Part shown: one piece after another, positions 24,072 to 37,700 of the stretch
How the letters are laid out: every line of letters begins with the position of its first letter
Numbering within the stretch: position 1 is the first letter of the stretch
Source of the DNA: Mobula hypostoma
Lineage: Eukaryota
Length of the DNA stretch: 64,000 nt
Assembly: GCF_963921235.1 (NCBI RefSeq)
Contig: NC_086097.1
Span: 18,106,001 to 18,170,000 of the forward strand
Direction of reading: 5' to 3'
Made by a program: the position numbers and the translations under genes
Notes under the pieces: generated by a model
Database searches by the model: none
Told to the model about the DNA's origin: nothing
What the model saw: only the letters and a program-made list of their open reading frames with translations

Positions 24072-25590
24072 CTAGAAATCGTGGACACATTGTAATCACT
24101 TTCCAATGTTCTATAGATTCAGGATCAGTTCCTGCGGATTGGAGGGTAGTTAATGTTATTCCACTTTTTAAGAAAGGAGGGAGAGAGAAAACAGGCAATT
24201 ATAGACTGGTGAGTCTGACATCAGTGGTGGGGAAGATGCTGGAATCAATTATAAAAGATCTAATAGTGGCATATTTGGATAGCAGTGGCAGGATAGGTCC
24301 GAGTCAGCATGGATTTACGAAGGGGAAATCATGCTTGACTAATCTTCTGGAATTTTTTGAGAATGTGACTATGAAAATGGACATGGGAAAGCCAGTGGAT
24401 ATAGTGTGCCTGGACTTTCAGAAAGCCTTTGATAAGGTCCCACATGGGAGGTTAGTGTGTAAAATTAGAGCACATGGTATTGGGGGTTGGGTACTGACAT
24501 GGATAGAAAATTGGTTGGCAGACAGGAAATAAAGAGTAGGGATTAATGGGTCCTTTTCAGAATGGCAGGCATTGACTAGTGGGGTACCGCAAGGCTCGGT
24601 ACTGGGACCGCAGCTATTTACAATATATATTAATGATTTAGATGAAGGGATTAGAAGTAACATTAGCAAATTTGCAGATGACACATAGCTGGGTGACAGC
24701 GTGAAATGTGAGGAGGATGTTATGAGAATGCGGGGTGACTTGGACAGGTTGGGTGAGTGGGCAGATGCATGGCAGATGCAGTTTAATGTGGATAAGTGTG
24801 AGGTTATCCACTTTGGTGGTAAGAACAGGAAGGCAGATTACTATCTGAATGGTGTCAAGTTAGGAAAAGGGGAAGTACAACGAGATCTAGGTGTCCTTTT
24901 TCATCAGTCACTGAAAGTAAGCATGCAGGTACAGCAGGCAGTGAAGAAAGCTAATGGCATGTTGGCCTTCATAACAAGGGGAATTAAGTATGGGAGCAAA
25001 GAGGTCCTTCTGCAGTTGTACAGGGCCCTGGTGAGACCACACCTGGAATATTGTGTACAGTTTTAATCTCCAGATTTGAGGAAGGACATTCTAGCTATTG
25101 AGGGAGTGTAGCGTAGGTTCACGAGGTAAATTCCAGGATGGCGGGACTGTCATATGTTGAAAGATTGGAGCAACTGTGGTTGTATACACTGGAATTTAGA
25201 AGGATGAGAGGGGATTTGATTGAAACATATAAGATTATTAAGGGATTGGACACGCTAGAGGCAGGAAACATGTTCCCGATGTTGGGGGAGTCCAGAACCA
25301 GAGGCCACAGTTTAAGAATAAGGGGTAGACCATTTAGAATGGAGTTGAGGAAAAACTTTTTCACACAGAGGGTTGTGGTTCTGTGGAATGCTCTGCCTCA
25401 GAAGGCAGTGGAGGCCAATTCTCTGGATTCCTTCAAAAAAGAGTTAGATAGCGCTCTTAAAGATAGCAGAGTGAAGGGATATGGGGAGAAGGCAGGAAAA
25501 GGGTACTGATTGTGGATGATCAGCCATGATCACAGTGAATGGTGGTGCTGGCTCAAAGGGCCGAATGGCCTACTCCTGCACCTATTGTCT
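24072..25590 (+). mobile_element. CR1 LINE, 5'-truncated
   Basis: RT motifs [32 protein letters not shown] and KFADD; CR1 3' tail; same subfamily as 31886-34450. Confidence 0.92.
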
Positions 25591-26252
25591 GTTGTCCTTT
25601 GTCTTACTGCAGCCTCCAGTGTATCTATCAGGTAGATATAGAATTTGAACAGGGAGGCACAGCTGCTGCCTCGCACCTTCACTGTCGTGGGTTCAATCCA
25701 GCCCACAGGTGTTCTCTGTGATAAATTTACTTCTTGTTGCTGTGGATGCATGGATTTCCTTTGGGTGCTCTGGTTTCCTCCCACATCTTGGGTGTGTTGT
25801 GAATAGTGTGGAGAGCTGTCAGAGGTTGCAACGGGACATTGATAGGATGCAAAACTGGGCTGAGAAGAGGCAGATGGAGTTCAACACAGATAAGTATGAG
25901 GTGGTTCATTTTGATAGGTCAAATATGATGGCAGAATATAGTATTAATGGTAAGACTCTTGGCAGTGTGGAGGATCAGAGGGATCTTGGGGTCTGAGTCC
26001 ATAGGACGCTCAAAGCTGTTGCACAGGTTGACTGTGTGCTTAAGAAGACAGATAGCCTTCATCAACCATGGGATTGAGTTCAAGAGCTGAGAGGTAATGT
26101 TACAGTTATAGAGGACCCTGGTCAGACCCCACTTGGACTACTGTGCTCAGTTCTGGTCACCTCGTTACAGGAAGGATGCGGAGACTATAAAAAGGGTGCA
26201 GAAGAGAATTACAAAGATGTTGCCTGGACTGAGGAGAATGCCTTGTGAGAAT

Positions 26253-29200
26253 CACGGTGTGATCGTGGAGGAGGAGCGAGGGGCTCAGGAGAGCGCTGAG
26301 TGCTGGGAAGTAGCTGAGGAGCTGAGGTGAGTGTACTTTAAAAGGAGCGTGGAGGGCAACTGAAGGGTTAAACAGAATGTTGATTAGTCGATTAGAGGAT
26401 TAGTTGAGTACTTGAGATAACTGGCAGGGACAAATAAAAGCAGGGGTAACTGAAGAGGAGTGGCCAGGTTGAGTTGGGAGTTGGCTTGACTGGAAGCTGG
26501 TTGTGTTTTGCTTGATGTGTGAGTGTGTTTTGGAACCTGTGGAGGGAAAGAGAGTGGGGAAGGAATGGAAATTGCTGGGAGGGGTTTGTGTGGGTCTGGT
26601 AATGGTGGACAAGATAAGAGGTGGGATTGAGGGAAAGAAAGTGGAAAAGGAGAGGGATAGAGACTTGGGACCAGAGGTAGGCAGCTGGGGAGAGGTGGAT
26701 TATTGTGAAGGGAAAAATAAAGGGAATGAGGAGGTAGTGAGGGGTTGGATGAATAAAAACCAAGACAAAGGGAATAAAAGAATAAGAAATGATAGTGGAG
26801 AAAGCTCTGAAAGTGAGGAAGATGAACAAGCTCAGAGAGGAGGTGTTGTCATAATTAGGTTTAATGAGAAGGCTCAGGGACATATGAAGAAAATTAACCC
26901 ATTTGTGCTAACAACAACTCTGACAAATAAGATAGGAGAAATAGTATTTGCAAAAGTCCTTTGATGGCAACTTATTGGTAAGATGTGTGAATGAGGAACA
27001 ACTTGAGAAAGCACTCAAGCTAAAAGAGATAGGAAAATGCAAGGTGGAATACACTGGGAGGGTGGGAGCACAAAACAGTTGTTGTAAAGGAGTGATCATG
27101 GGGATACCAATGAGTATAAATATGGAGGAGATAAAGAGGAATATCAAAGGAGGGAAAGTAATGAATGTTCAAAGACTGAAAACAACAAAGGAGGGAGTGA
27201 AAAAGGAAAGTGAATCAGTATTGATTGAATTTGAAGAAGAAAGAGTGCCAAGGAAGGTGTTCCTGGGTTTCATGAGTTACCCAGTAAGGGTGTATGTGCC
27301 AAAGCCACTGAGGTGCTATAATTGTCAAAGGTTTGGACACGTGGCTAAAAACTGTAAAAGGCAGAGGAGATGTGCTAGATGTGGGGGTGATCATGAATGT
27401 GGAAAGTGCGGGACAGGAGTTCAACCAAAATGCTGCAATTGTGGAGGAGCTCATAATGTTGCATATAGTGGGTGTGAGGTTGTGAGACGGGAGACTAAAA
27501 TTCAAGAAATAAGAGTGAAAAGAAAGATCACTTATGCAGAAGCTGTAAGAATGTCAAGAGAACAGAATAATGTTCCTAATGAACAGGGAGCAATAGGGAT
27601 ACAAGAGATGCAACAAAGAACAAATGACAGGATTTATGTAGACAAAAAGGCTCTAGTAACATTCATTGCAGGAGTGATTAATAGTACGGCTGAGGTAAAG
27701 TCAAAAAGTGACAAAATTCAGCTGGTGGTAAAAGCAGCAGTAAACCATTTAGGGTTAGTAGGACTGACATGGGAGGAAGTGAGGGAGAATCTCAGTAATC
27801 AGTCAAGCCAGGAAGTGTCATGTGTTGGTTAATACTAATTATGGTGATTCTTTTACAATGGAATGCAAGGAGCTTACTGGCCAATAGCCAGGAATTCAAG
27901 CACTTTATTAAAGAAATGGTTGTAAAACCGGATGTAGTGTGTATTCAGGAAACTTGGTTGAAACCAACTTTAGACTTTGTGGTATATGGGTATACAATGA
28001 TAAGGAAAGATAGAAATCTAGGGAGAGGAGGGGGTTGTGCTATGTTAATCAAGCAAGGTATACCATATAGGGTACTGGAGAAAGGAGATGATCAGGAATA
28101 CATAGTGGAAGTGTGGGAGAGAGGGGAGGGAGTGGTTATAATTAACTACTACAATCCATGTAAAAGGTTGGATTTGGACAGCCTATTAAAGATACAAGGA
28201 CAAAACAGACATAAAGTAGTGTGGTGTGCAGATTTCAGTGCTCATAGCACAATATGGGGGGGATCAGATTACAGATCCAAATGGAAAGGTAATTGAAGAT
28301 TTGATGGAAGAAAGGGATTTGGTGTGTATGAATGATGGTAGCGGCACAAGGATAGATATAACAACAGGAACTGAGTCAGTGTTAGATATTATGTTAGTGT
28401 CTAATACCTTGGCTGGCATTAGTAACTGGGGAGTTTGGACTGCTTCAACAGTAGGCAGTGATCACTACCCAGTTTTATGTTCAGTGGGTGAAAGAGTTGA
28501 AGTAAGACCAGGTGGCGGAACCCCAAAGTGGGTGTTTGAAAAAGCTGATTGGGGTAAGTTCCAGAAGTTGAGTGAAGAAGGGTTGACAAAGATTGATATT
28601 TCTGGAAATGTAGATGAATTAAACAGTCAGGTGACTTCAGCAATTATCATGGCAGCAGAAGGATCTATACCTAGGAGTAAAAATAGGATGAATAGAAAAC
28701 TGGTACCATGGTGGACAGAGGAATGTTGTCAGGCTGTAAAAAAACAGAAATAGAGCATTCAGGCTAGTTAAAAGAACCCATAATATGCAACATTTGGTTC
28801 AATATAAGAAAGCACAGGCAGTGGTGAGAAGAACTATACGTCAAGCTAAAAGGGCAAGTTGGAGGAGTTTTTGCGACAAGGTGGGAAGAACAACACCTGT
28901 GGGAGAGATGTGGGGAATGATTAAGAGGATGGGAGGAGATAAAAGGGAATAGGAATATCCAGTAATGATATCTGAGGAGGAAACTGCAGTCTCCAGTAGG
29001 GATAAGGCTGAGGTCATGGCCAAGTCATTTGTACTGATACACAGTTCAGAAAATCTGTCTGAAGAAGGGAGAAGGAGAAGGGAAAGAATAATGAGCCAAC
29101 ACCCAGGTGTATTAAACAGGAGGGAAGGAACAGATGATATAATTGATGATCCGTTTACATTAGCAGAAATGGCGAGAGCAATAAAGAGATTGAGACCAAC

Positions 29201-31740
29201 CTCCCCAGGGAAAGATCTGATATGCTCTGTGATGCTAAAAAATCTAGGAGAAGGAGCGCTCTTGAAGTTGCTGCATTTTTATAACAGAGTGTGGGAGGAG
29301 GGAAGATTACCAAGTGCATGGAAAGAAGCAGTAGTAATTCCAATAAGGAAGCCTGGCAAGGATCCGTCAAAACCCACTAGCTACAGACCAATTGCATTAA
29401 CATCAAGTATATGTAAGATAATGGAAAGGATGATAACAGAAAGGTTATCATATGAGCTTGAGAAAAGGGGAATGCTGGCAAGTTATCAGAGTGGTTTTAG
29501 AAAGGGAAGGAATTCCATGGACTCAGTGATTATGTTAGAGACTGAAATAATGAAGGCCCAGGCAAATAGAGAGTCAGTAGTGGCAGTGTTCTTTGACATT
29601 GAAAAAGCCTATGATATGATGTGGAAGGAAGGATTATTAATTAAACTGCACAAGATGGGGGTTGGTGGGAGAGTTTTTAATTGGATTAAAGATTTTTTGT
29701 CTGGTAGAAAAATTCAAGTTCGGATTGGATCAGAATTATCAAAACAGTACATAGTGGAAAATGGCACACCTCAAGGTAGTGTGATTAGCCCGTTACTTTT
29801 CATCATTATGATCAATGATGTCTTCACAAAGGTACCAGTGGATATAGGTAGGTCACTGTTTGCGGATGATGGGGCCTTGTGGAAAAGAGGCAGGAACATG
29901 GACCATATAATCAGGAAACTACAAGAAGCAATTGATGAAGTGGTGGAGTGGGGTTATGATTGGGGATGTAGATTTTCAGTAGAAAAAACTCAAACTGTAT
30001 TTTTTACTAGGAAAAGAGTTGAGGTAGGGAAGAAGTTAAGGATGTATGGGGTTGAATTAGAAAGGGTTGCATCATTTAAATTTCTGGGAGTTGTATTTGA
30101 TTCATGATTAACATGGGCAGACCATATCAGGAAAGTTGAGGAGAAATGTAAAGTAATAAATGTGATGAGATGTTTGACTGGTAGGGAATGGGGAGCAAGT
30201 TGTTCAGCATTGAAGAGAATATATGTGGCTTTAGTGAGATCTGTTGGACTATGGAAATATAGCACATGGATCAGCAGCTAGGTCTCTTATAAGGAAACTG
30301 GATGTGATTCAGGCTCAGGCCTTGAGAGTGTGCAGTGGGGCTTTTAAAACGTCACCAGTGTCAGCCCTACAGGTAGAAATGAGAATAATGCCTTTGGAAC
30401 TAAGAAGGATGCAACTGATGGCAAACTACTGGGCTAACTTGCAGGGGCATAATGATTCTCACCCTGCTAAAGGAGTGTTGCAGGAGTGCTGGGAAAATGG
30501 GAGGTTTCAGAGGGATACTTTTAGTCAGGTAGGGAATGATATCGCGAAAGAATGTGGAGTGTTTGATCTAAGGATAAGTCCTTCAGTAGTTTATCTGGTT
30601 GTAGCTCCATGGAAGCTTGTATGGCCTGACATAGACTGGCATTTGTTAGAGGTAAAAAGGAAGGGAAGATATAAAACAGATTTGGTAAATGCATTTAACT
30701 GCCATGTGATGGAAAAGTACAGGGTTTGGGATGGTTATTCCAGCAAAAGAAATTGGAATCAGCAGAAGAACATCTAATAAGTTAGGGGTGTTTACAGTGG
30801 AGATGCTGGCAGTGTTGGTTGCGTTGCAATGGGTGCAGAAAGCCAGACAAGTCAAAGCATTGATATGTTCAGATTCATCCTCAGTTCTAGCAAGTTTAAG
30901 GCCTTTTCACACAAACAGTCGGCAAGATGTACTTTATGAAGTCCTTCAGTTAGTTACAAGAATTGCAAATCAGGGAGGTCAGGTAAAATTTCTATGGGTT
31001 CCAGCACATGTAGGGGTGAAGGGGAATGAGAGGGTGGATGAGTTGGCAAAGAGGGTATTAAAGAAAGAGAATGTAGAAATGCACATTAGTATCAGTAAAG
31101 CAGAGGTTAAGTGTGTAATCTGGGAAATAGTCAACCGAATGTGGCAAGAAAGATGGGACAGGGAGGGAAAAGGGAGGCATTTATATCAAATACAAAAAAG
31201 TGTTGCAGGTACAAGAGTAGGTAATGGAAACAGAAGAGAGGAAACTGTGTGGACTAGGTTAAGGCTGGGGCATTGTGCATTAAACAAAACATTGAAAATG
31301 GTAGGGAAACACCAGACAGGATTGTGTGAGGAATGTCAGGAAGAGGAGTCAGTAGAACATGTAGTTTTGTGTTGCAGGAAGTATGGGATACAGAGAGAGA
31401 TGATGAGAATTAAACTAAGGGAGTTGGGGGTGTAGGAATTCATATTAAAAGGGTTGCTGGGCATGGGTGAGAGAGCACAGGTCCGGGTATTTTTAGTGTT
31501 CTTAAGGGGTACAGGGGTTTTTTATAGGATATGAAGGATAAACAGGAATAGGATACTAGGATGGTCAAAGATGGGAGGGTAAAGTGTAGGGGTGTATGTG
31601 TGTGTGTGTGCGCGTGCGTGAGCGAGATTGGGTGAAGGGATTTAGATTATATGTCTAGTGCACATTCCGGAGCAGAGGGTGGCGGTAATGCACCATTAAG
31701 CTGGATGCCGACCACCGTAAAACAAGAAAGACAGACAGAC
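26253..31740 (+). mobile_element. Near full-length I-group (Nimb-like) LINE: ORF1 with three Cys/His knuckles; ORF2 APE-RT-RNase H-CCHC; frameshifted
   Basis: CYNCQRFGHVAKNC (26948-27832); ILLQWNARSL and GSDHYP (APE); LFADDGA (28965-30107); ICSDS...WVPAHVGVKGNERVD (RNase H, 30731-31435); 3' stem-loop 31678-31716 and purine tail. Confidence 0.9.
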
Positions 31741-31755
31741 AGAGGAGTGGCCAGT

Positions 31756-34700
31756 TCTACTGGATTATGTGACTGTGGTAGTTCAGAGACAGTCCAGCGT
31801 GTTTTGTTGAGCTGTAATCGATACAAAATTGAAAGAAGCATGTTGTTCAAGAGGCTATATGGCTTAAATTTATTTTGGTTTTCTAAATAGTAGTCTGGAT
31901 GTAGGGTGTAAGTTGAATCAAGAGTTAAAATTGGCATGTAGCGAAGGTAATGCTACAGTTGTTATGGGGGATTTCAACATGCAGGTAGACTGGAGGAATC
32001 AGGTTGGTGCTGGACCCCAAGAAAGGGAGTTTGTGGCGTCCCTCCGAGATGGATTCTTAGAACAGCTTGTACTGGAGCCTACCAGAGAGAATGCAATTCT
32101 AGATTTAGTGTTGTGCAATGAACTGGATTTGATCAGGGACCTTGAGGTAAAGGAGCCATTAGGAGGTGGTGACCATAATATGATGAGCTTTAATCTACAA
32201 TTTGAGAGGGAGAAGGGAAACTTGGAAGTGTCAGTATTACAGTTTAACAAAGGGAACTATGGTGCTATGAGGGAGGAGCTGGCCAAAGTTCAATGGAACA
32301 ATACCCTAGCAGGGATGACAGTGGAACAGCAATGGCAAATGTTTCTGGGAATAATGCGGAAGGTGCAGGATCAGTTCGTTCCAAAGAGGAAGAAAGATTC
32401 TAAGGGGAGTAAGGGGAGGCCATGGCTGACAAGGGAAGTAATGGACAGTATAAAAATAAAAGAGAAGTAGTATAACATAGCAAAGATGAGTGGGAAGCCG
32501 GAGGATTGGGAAACTTTTAAAGAGCAACAGAAGGTAACTAAAAAGGCAATATGCGGAGAAAAAATGAGGTACAAGGGTAAACTAGCCAAGAATATAAAGG
32601 AGGATAGTAAAAGCTTCTTTAGGTATGTGAAAAGGAAAAAAATAGTTAAGACCAAAATTGGCCCCTTGAAGACAAACGGGTGAATTTATTATGGGGAATA
32701 AGGAAATGGCAGACGAATTGAACAGGTACTTTGGATCTGTCTTCACTAGGGAAGACACAAACAATCTCCCAGATATAAGAGTGGCCAAAGGACCTAGGGT
32801 AATGGATGAACTGAAGGAAATTTATATTAGGCAGGAAATGGTGTTGGATAGACTGTTGGGTCTGAAGGCTGATAAGTTCCCGGGACCTGATGGTCTGCAT
32901 CCCAGGGTACTTAAGGAGGTGGCTTTAGAAATCGTGGACGCATTGGTAATCATTTTCCAATGTTCTATAGATTCAGGATCAGTTCCTGTGGATTGGAGGG
33001 TGGTTAATGTTGTCCCTCTCTTCAAGAAGGGAGGAAGAGAGAAAAAGGAACTATAGACCGGTTAGCCTGATGCCGGTGGTGGGAAAGATGCTGGAGTCAA
33101 TTATAAAAGATGAAATTACGACACATCTGGATAGCAGTAACAGGATTGGTCCAAGTCAGCATAGATTTACGAAGGGGAAATCGTGCTTGACTAATCTGGA
33201 ATTTTTTGAGGATGTAACTCTGAAAATGGACAAGGGAGAGCCAGTGGATGTAGTGTACCTGGACTTTCAGAAAGCCTTTGATAAAGTCCCACATAGGAGA
33301 TTAGTGGGCAAAATTAGGGCACATGGTATTGGAGGCAGAGTACTGACATGGATTGAAAATTGGCTGGCTGACAGAAAACAAAGAGTAGCGATTAACGAGT
33401 CCCTTTCGGAATGGCAGGCGGTGACCAGTGGGGTACCGCAGGGTTCAGTGCTGGGACCGCAGCTGTTTTCAATATACATTAATAATTTAGATGAGGGAAT
33501 TAAAAGTAACATTAGCAAATTTGCCGATGACACAAAGCTGGGTGGCAGTGTGAAAAGTGGTGAAATGTGAGGAGGATGTTATGAGAATGCAGGGTGACTT
33601 GGACAGGCTGGGTGAGTGGGAAGATGCATGGCAGATGCAGTTTAATGTGGATAAATGTGAGGTTATCCACTTTGGTGGTAAGAACAGGAAGGCAGATTAT
33701 TATCTAAATGGAGTCAGGTTAAGAAAATGGGAAGTACAATGAGATCTAAGTGTTCTTGTACATCAGTCACTGAAAACAAGCATGCAAGTACAGCAGGCTG
33801 TGAAGAAAGCTAATGGCATGCTGGCCTTCATAACAAGGGGAATTGAGTATAAGAGTAAAGAGGTCCTTCTGCAGCTGTACAGGGCCCTGGTGAGACCACA
33901 CCTGGAGTACTGTGTGCAGTTTTGGTCTCCAAATTTGAGGAAGGACATTCTTGCTATTGAGGGAGTGCAGCTTAGGTTCACAAAGTTAATTCCTGGGATG
34001 GCGGGACTGTCATATGTTGAAAGATTGGAGCGACTGGGCTTGTATACTTTGGAATTTAGAAGGCTGAGAGAGGATCTTATTGAAACATAAGATTATTAAG
34101 GGATTGGACACGCTGGAGGCAGGAAGCATGTTCCCGCTGATGGGTGAGTCCAGAACCAGAGGCCACAGTTTAAGAATAAGGGGTAGGCCATTTAGAACGG
34201 AGTTGAGGAAAAACTTTTTCACCCAGAGAGTGGTGGATATATGGAATGCTCTGCCCCAGAAGGCTGTGGAGGCCAAGTCTCTGGATGCTTTCAAGAAAGA
34301 GATGGATAGAGCTCTTAAAGATAGCGGAATCAAAGGTTATGGGGATAAGGCAGGAACTGGATACTGATTGTGGATGATCAGCCATGATCACAGTGAATGG
34401 TGGTGCTGGCTCGAAGGGCTGAATGGCCTATTCCTGCACCTATTGTCTATTTAAATCTTTGTTTGGCCAGGAAGAGAATCAACATCTGATTGAAGAGTAT
34501 TATTCAGATTATATGTGAGACTAGGTTGTATTTGAGAATTTGAGTTCCTTGAAGTTCTATAATCAATTATACATCCTGTGGAGGGTTGGGTGTTGGGCCA
34601 GACTGCCATTTGGGGCCATTGATTGAGTGGGTGGGGACTTTGGTGTGGAGGAGCCTAGTAGTTTGGAAAGGGTTAGTTTGTAGCCTATGGCTGCAAAAGG

Positions 34701-37700
34701 GAGAGGGGGGGTTGAGATTGAAGGAGGAGGGTGGGAGACTGGAATACTCCAGAAGTAAGGGTAGCCAAAAAAGGGGTGCATCAAGTGAAAGATCTGAAGT
34801 AATGGGGGACAACAAATTGAGGAAAATGGGTGAATTGGAGGAATTTATAGTTCTGTATAAAATTAAAGGTCAGAAGGAAGGGGAAGGAGGATTTAGAGCC
34901 CTTAATCCTTTGACAGTGGCAGCAGCATCAGAGAACCAAATAGGTAAAGGATTCCAGGCCAAGGTTTTGTCTACTGGATTGCTGAAAATTTGTTGCAAAG
35001 ATATTGACCAATATAACAGTGCTAAAATGGTGGGAAAATTGGTTGTGAAAGTGGAGTGTATTACTCTGAAAGAAAGGAAGGGAATTAAGGGGGTAGTGTA
35101 TGGTATTTGGTCTGGCATGACTGAAAAGGAAATTTTGGACAATATTGAAGGTGGTTGAGTGATTGAAGCCAAATGATTAAAATTGAGAGAAGGTGGTAAT
35201 TGGGATTCTCCTGTTCTTCTGGTTTTTGCAGGTGATGTTCTTCCAACTAGAGTCTATCTTGGGTGCATGTATTATCAAGTTAGAGAATACATAAAGCCTC
35301 CCTTACGCTGCTATGATTGCCAGACATTTGGACATGTTGCTGGTTCATGTCGAGGTAAAAGAAGATGTATGAAATGTGGAGAGGATCATGATATTAAAGC
35401 ATGTAAAGCAGCGGTGCCTAAATGCAATAACTGTGGAGGGGACCATATAGTGGCATTCAGAGGATGTGAGTATTTTAGTAAGGCAAAGCAGACTCAGGAT
35501 GTTAGTATCCAGCAAAAAATATCATATGCTGAGGCAGTAAAGAAAGTTGATAGAGAGCAAAGGATAAGTAAAGAAAAGATTGGAATGATGGGGAGTCAGT
35601 TCATTCTGAGTTCTCCAACTATGGTTCCTTCAGGCATGTTGATGACTAAAGAGTCTTTTTTTGGCGTTTATTGTTGATGTACTGGTCGGGGCTAAAACTA
35701 CAGCTAAGAGGTCGGATATGATAAAAGTAGTTGTTGGAGCTGCAGAGAGATTCCTTGATATAAAACAGATTTTGCCGGAAAAATTACATGAGTATCTGAC
35801 AGGCAAACAATCACTGAGTACTTCCCAGTTGTCAGGATCAGAGAGTACGGAGGAACTTTATGTGGATGAAGAGGCCAATAATTAGTATTTGGATGTCTTT
35901 AATATTACAATGGAATGCAAGAGGTTTATCTGCAAATGGTCAAGAATTAAAAAGATTTGTTGGAACTTTTAAAGACAAGCCTGATTTGATCTGTATACAG
36001 GAGACATGGTTAAAGCCTCATTTAGATTTTGTGATCCCCGGATATGATAGTTTGAGAGCTCACAGAATGGGTAAATCTGGTGGAGGGTGTGCAACTTTCA
36101 TAAAAACAGGACTCCAGTTTAGAAGACTTGATTTTAAATCTAACCTTGAAATTGTGGCTGTGAAGGTTTGGAGCTCTTGTGGTCGAATAACTTTGATTAA
36201 CTTTTATAATCCAAGTAATATGATGTTATCAGATTTAGATGAAATTATGAATAAAGTAAGATCCCCAGTAATCTGGGTTGGAGATTTCAATGCCCATAAT
36301 CCTATATGGGGTAGTGAAAGTAAAGATAGTAATGGAGTGGTAGTAGAGGAGTTTCTAGATAAATACAAAATGGTACTGCTAAATGATGTAAGGCCTACAA
36401 GGTTTAATATTATAAAGAATAATTGTAGTCATTTAGACTTATCTATCACTTCCTCAAACTTAGCTAGCGTTGGGGAATGGGATGTTATGGACAGATGCAC
36501 GCTAGGAAGTGATCACTATCTTATATTATGTAGATTTGGTAGAAACTTGATAGTAGAAGTTGAGGAGAGGTCTGCTAGGTATAATTTTTTTTTAGCCCAT
36601 TGGGATGAGTACCAGGAGAAAGCTGTGGATATAATAGAAGAGATTAATAGCGAGGGCTCTATAGATGATTGGAATGAATCCCTCTGTTCTATAATTCATA
36701 AAGTTGCTCAGTTGACGATTCTGCTACGGAATGTTCCTAAGGCTCGAGCACTAGTTCCATGGTGGAATAAAAATTGTGATATAGCAGTAAGAAACTGAAA
36801 TAGAGCTTACAGAACATTAAGAAAGTACCCAGTGTTAGATAATGTTATGGAGTATAAACAGGAAAGAGCAGTAGCAAGGAGAGTAATTAAAAATGCAAAG
36901 AGGGATAGTTGGAGAAGATTTTGTGGAGCCCTGAGACACCTATAAAGCAGCTATGGACGATCATTCACAGAATGTCAGGGATATATAGGAAACCATTTAT
37001 CCCAGCTTTGCTGGAAGGAGATATTGAAGCTGTAACCAATAAGGAAAAGGTTGATATGTTTGTAGAGGTGTTCCAAGCGTTACACAGTTCTGGAGAGTTA
37101 GGTGATTTGAGAAAGGAAATTATGTTAAAGGAAAGTTGGAAATTGGACAGGAGTTTGGATGATAATAGCTCCATAAATTTGTTTTTCTCCCTTCAGGAAT
37201 TGCAGGAAGCCGTCCAATCAGGTTCAAACAGCTCTGGTAGGGATGGACTGTGTTATGAATTGCTTAAGCATTTAGATGACTCTGTATTAATAGAAATTCT
37301 AGCGTTGTTTAATTCAGTGTGGAAAGAAGGAAAATTACCAGTAGACTGGAAGCATGCGGTGGTAGTTCCAGCTTTAAAGCCAGGTAAGGATGCGTCTAGT
37401 CCTAGCTCGTATCGACCTATAGCTTTAACGTCAGTGCTTTGTAAAATTATGGAACGAATGGTCACCAACAGACTTGTTTATTTTTTGGAAAATAAGGGAC
37501 ATTTTGCTGCCTATCATAATTGTTTTAGAACTGGAAGACCAACAATGGAATCTGTTGCCCTTTTAGATCATGATATTAATGAAGTGTTTCAAAATAGAGA
37601 AGTAATGGTAAGTGTATTTCTAGATACTGAAAGAGCATATGACTCACCATGGAAGGATGGCTTATTAATTAAACTCTATGATGTGGGAATTAGAGGTAGA

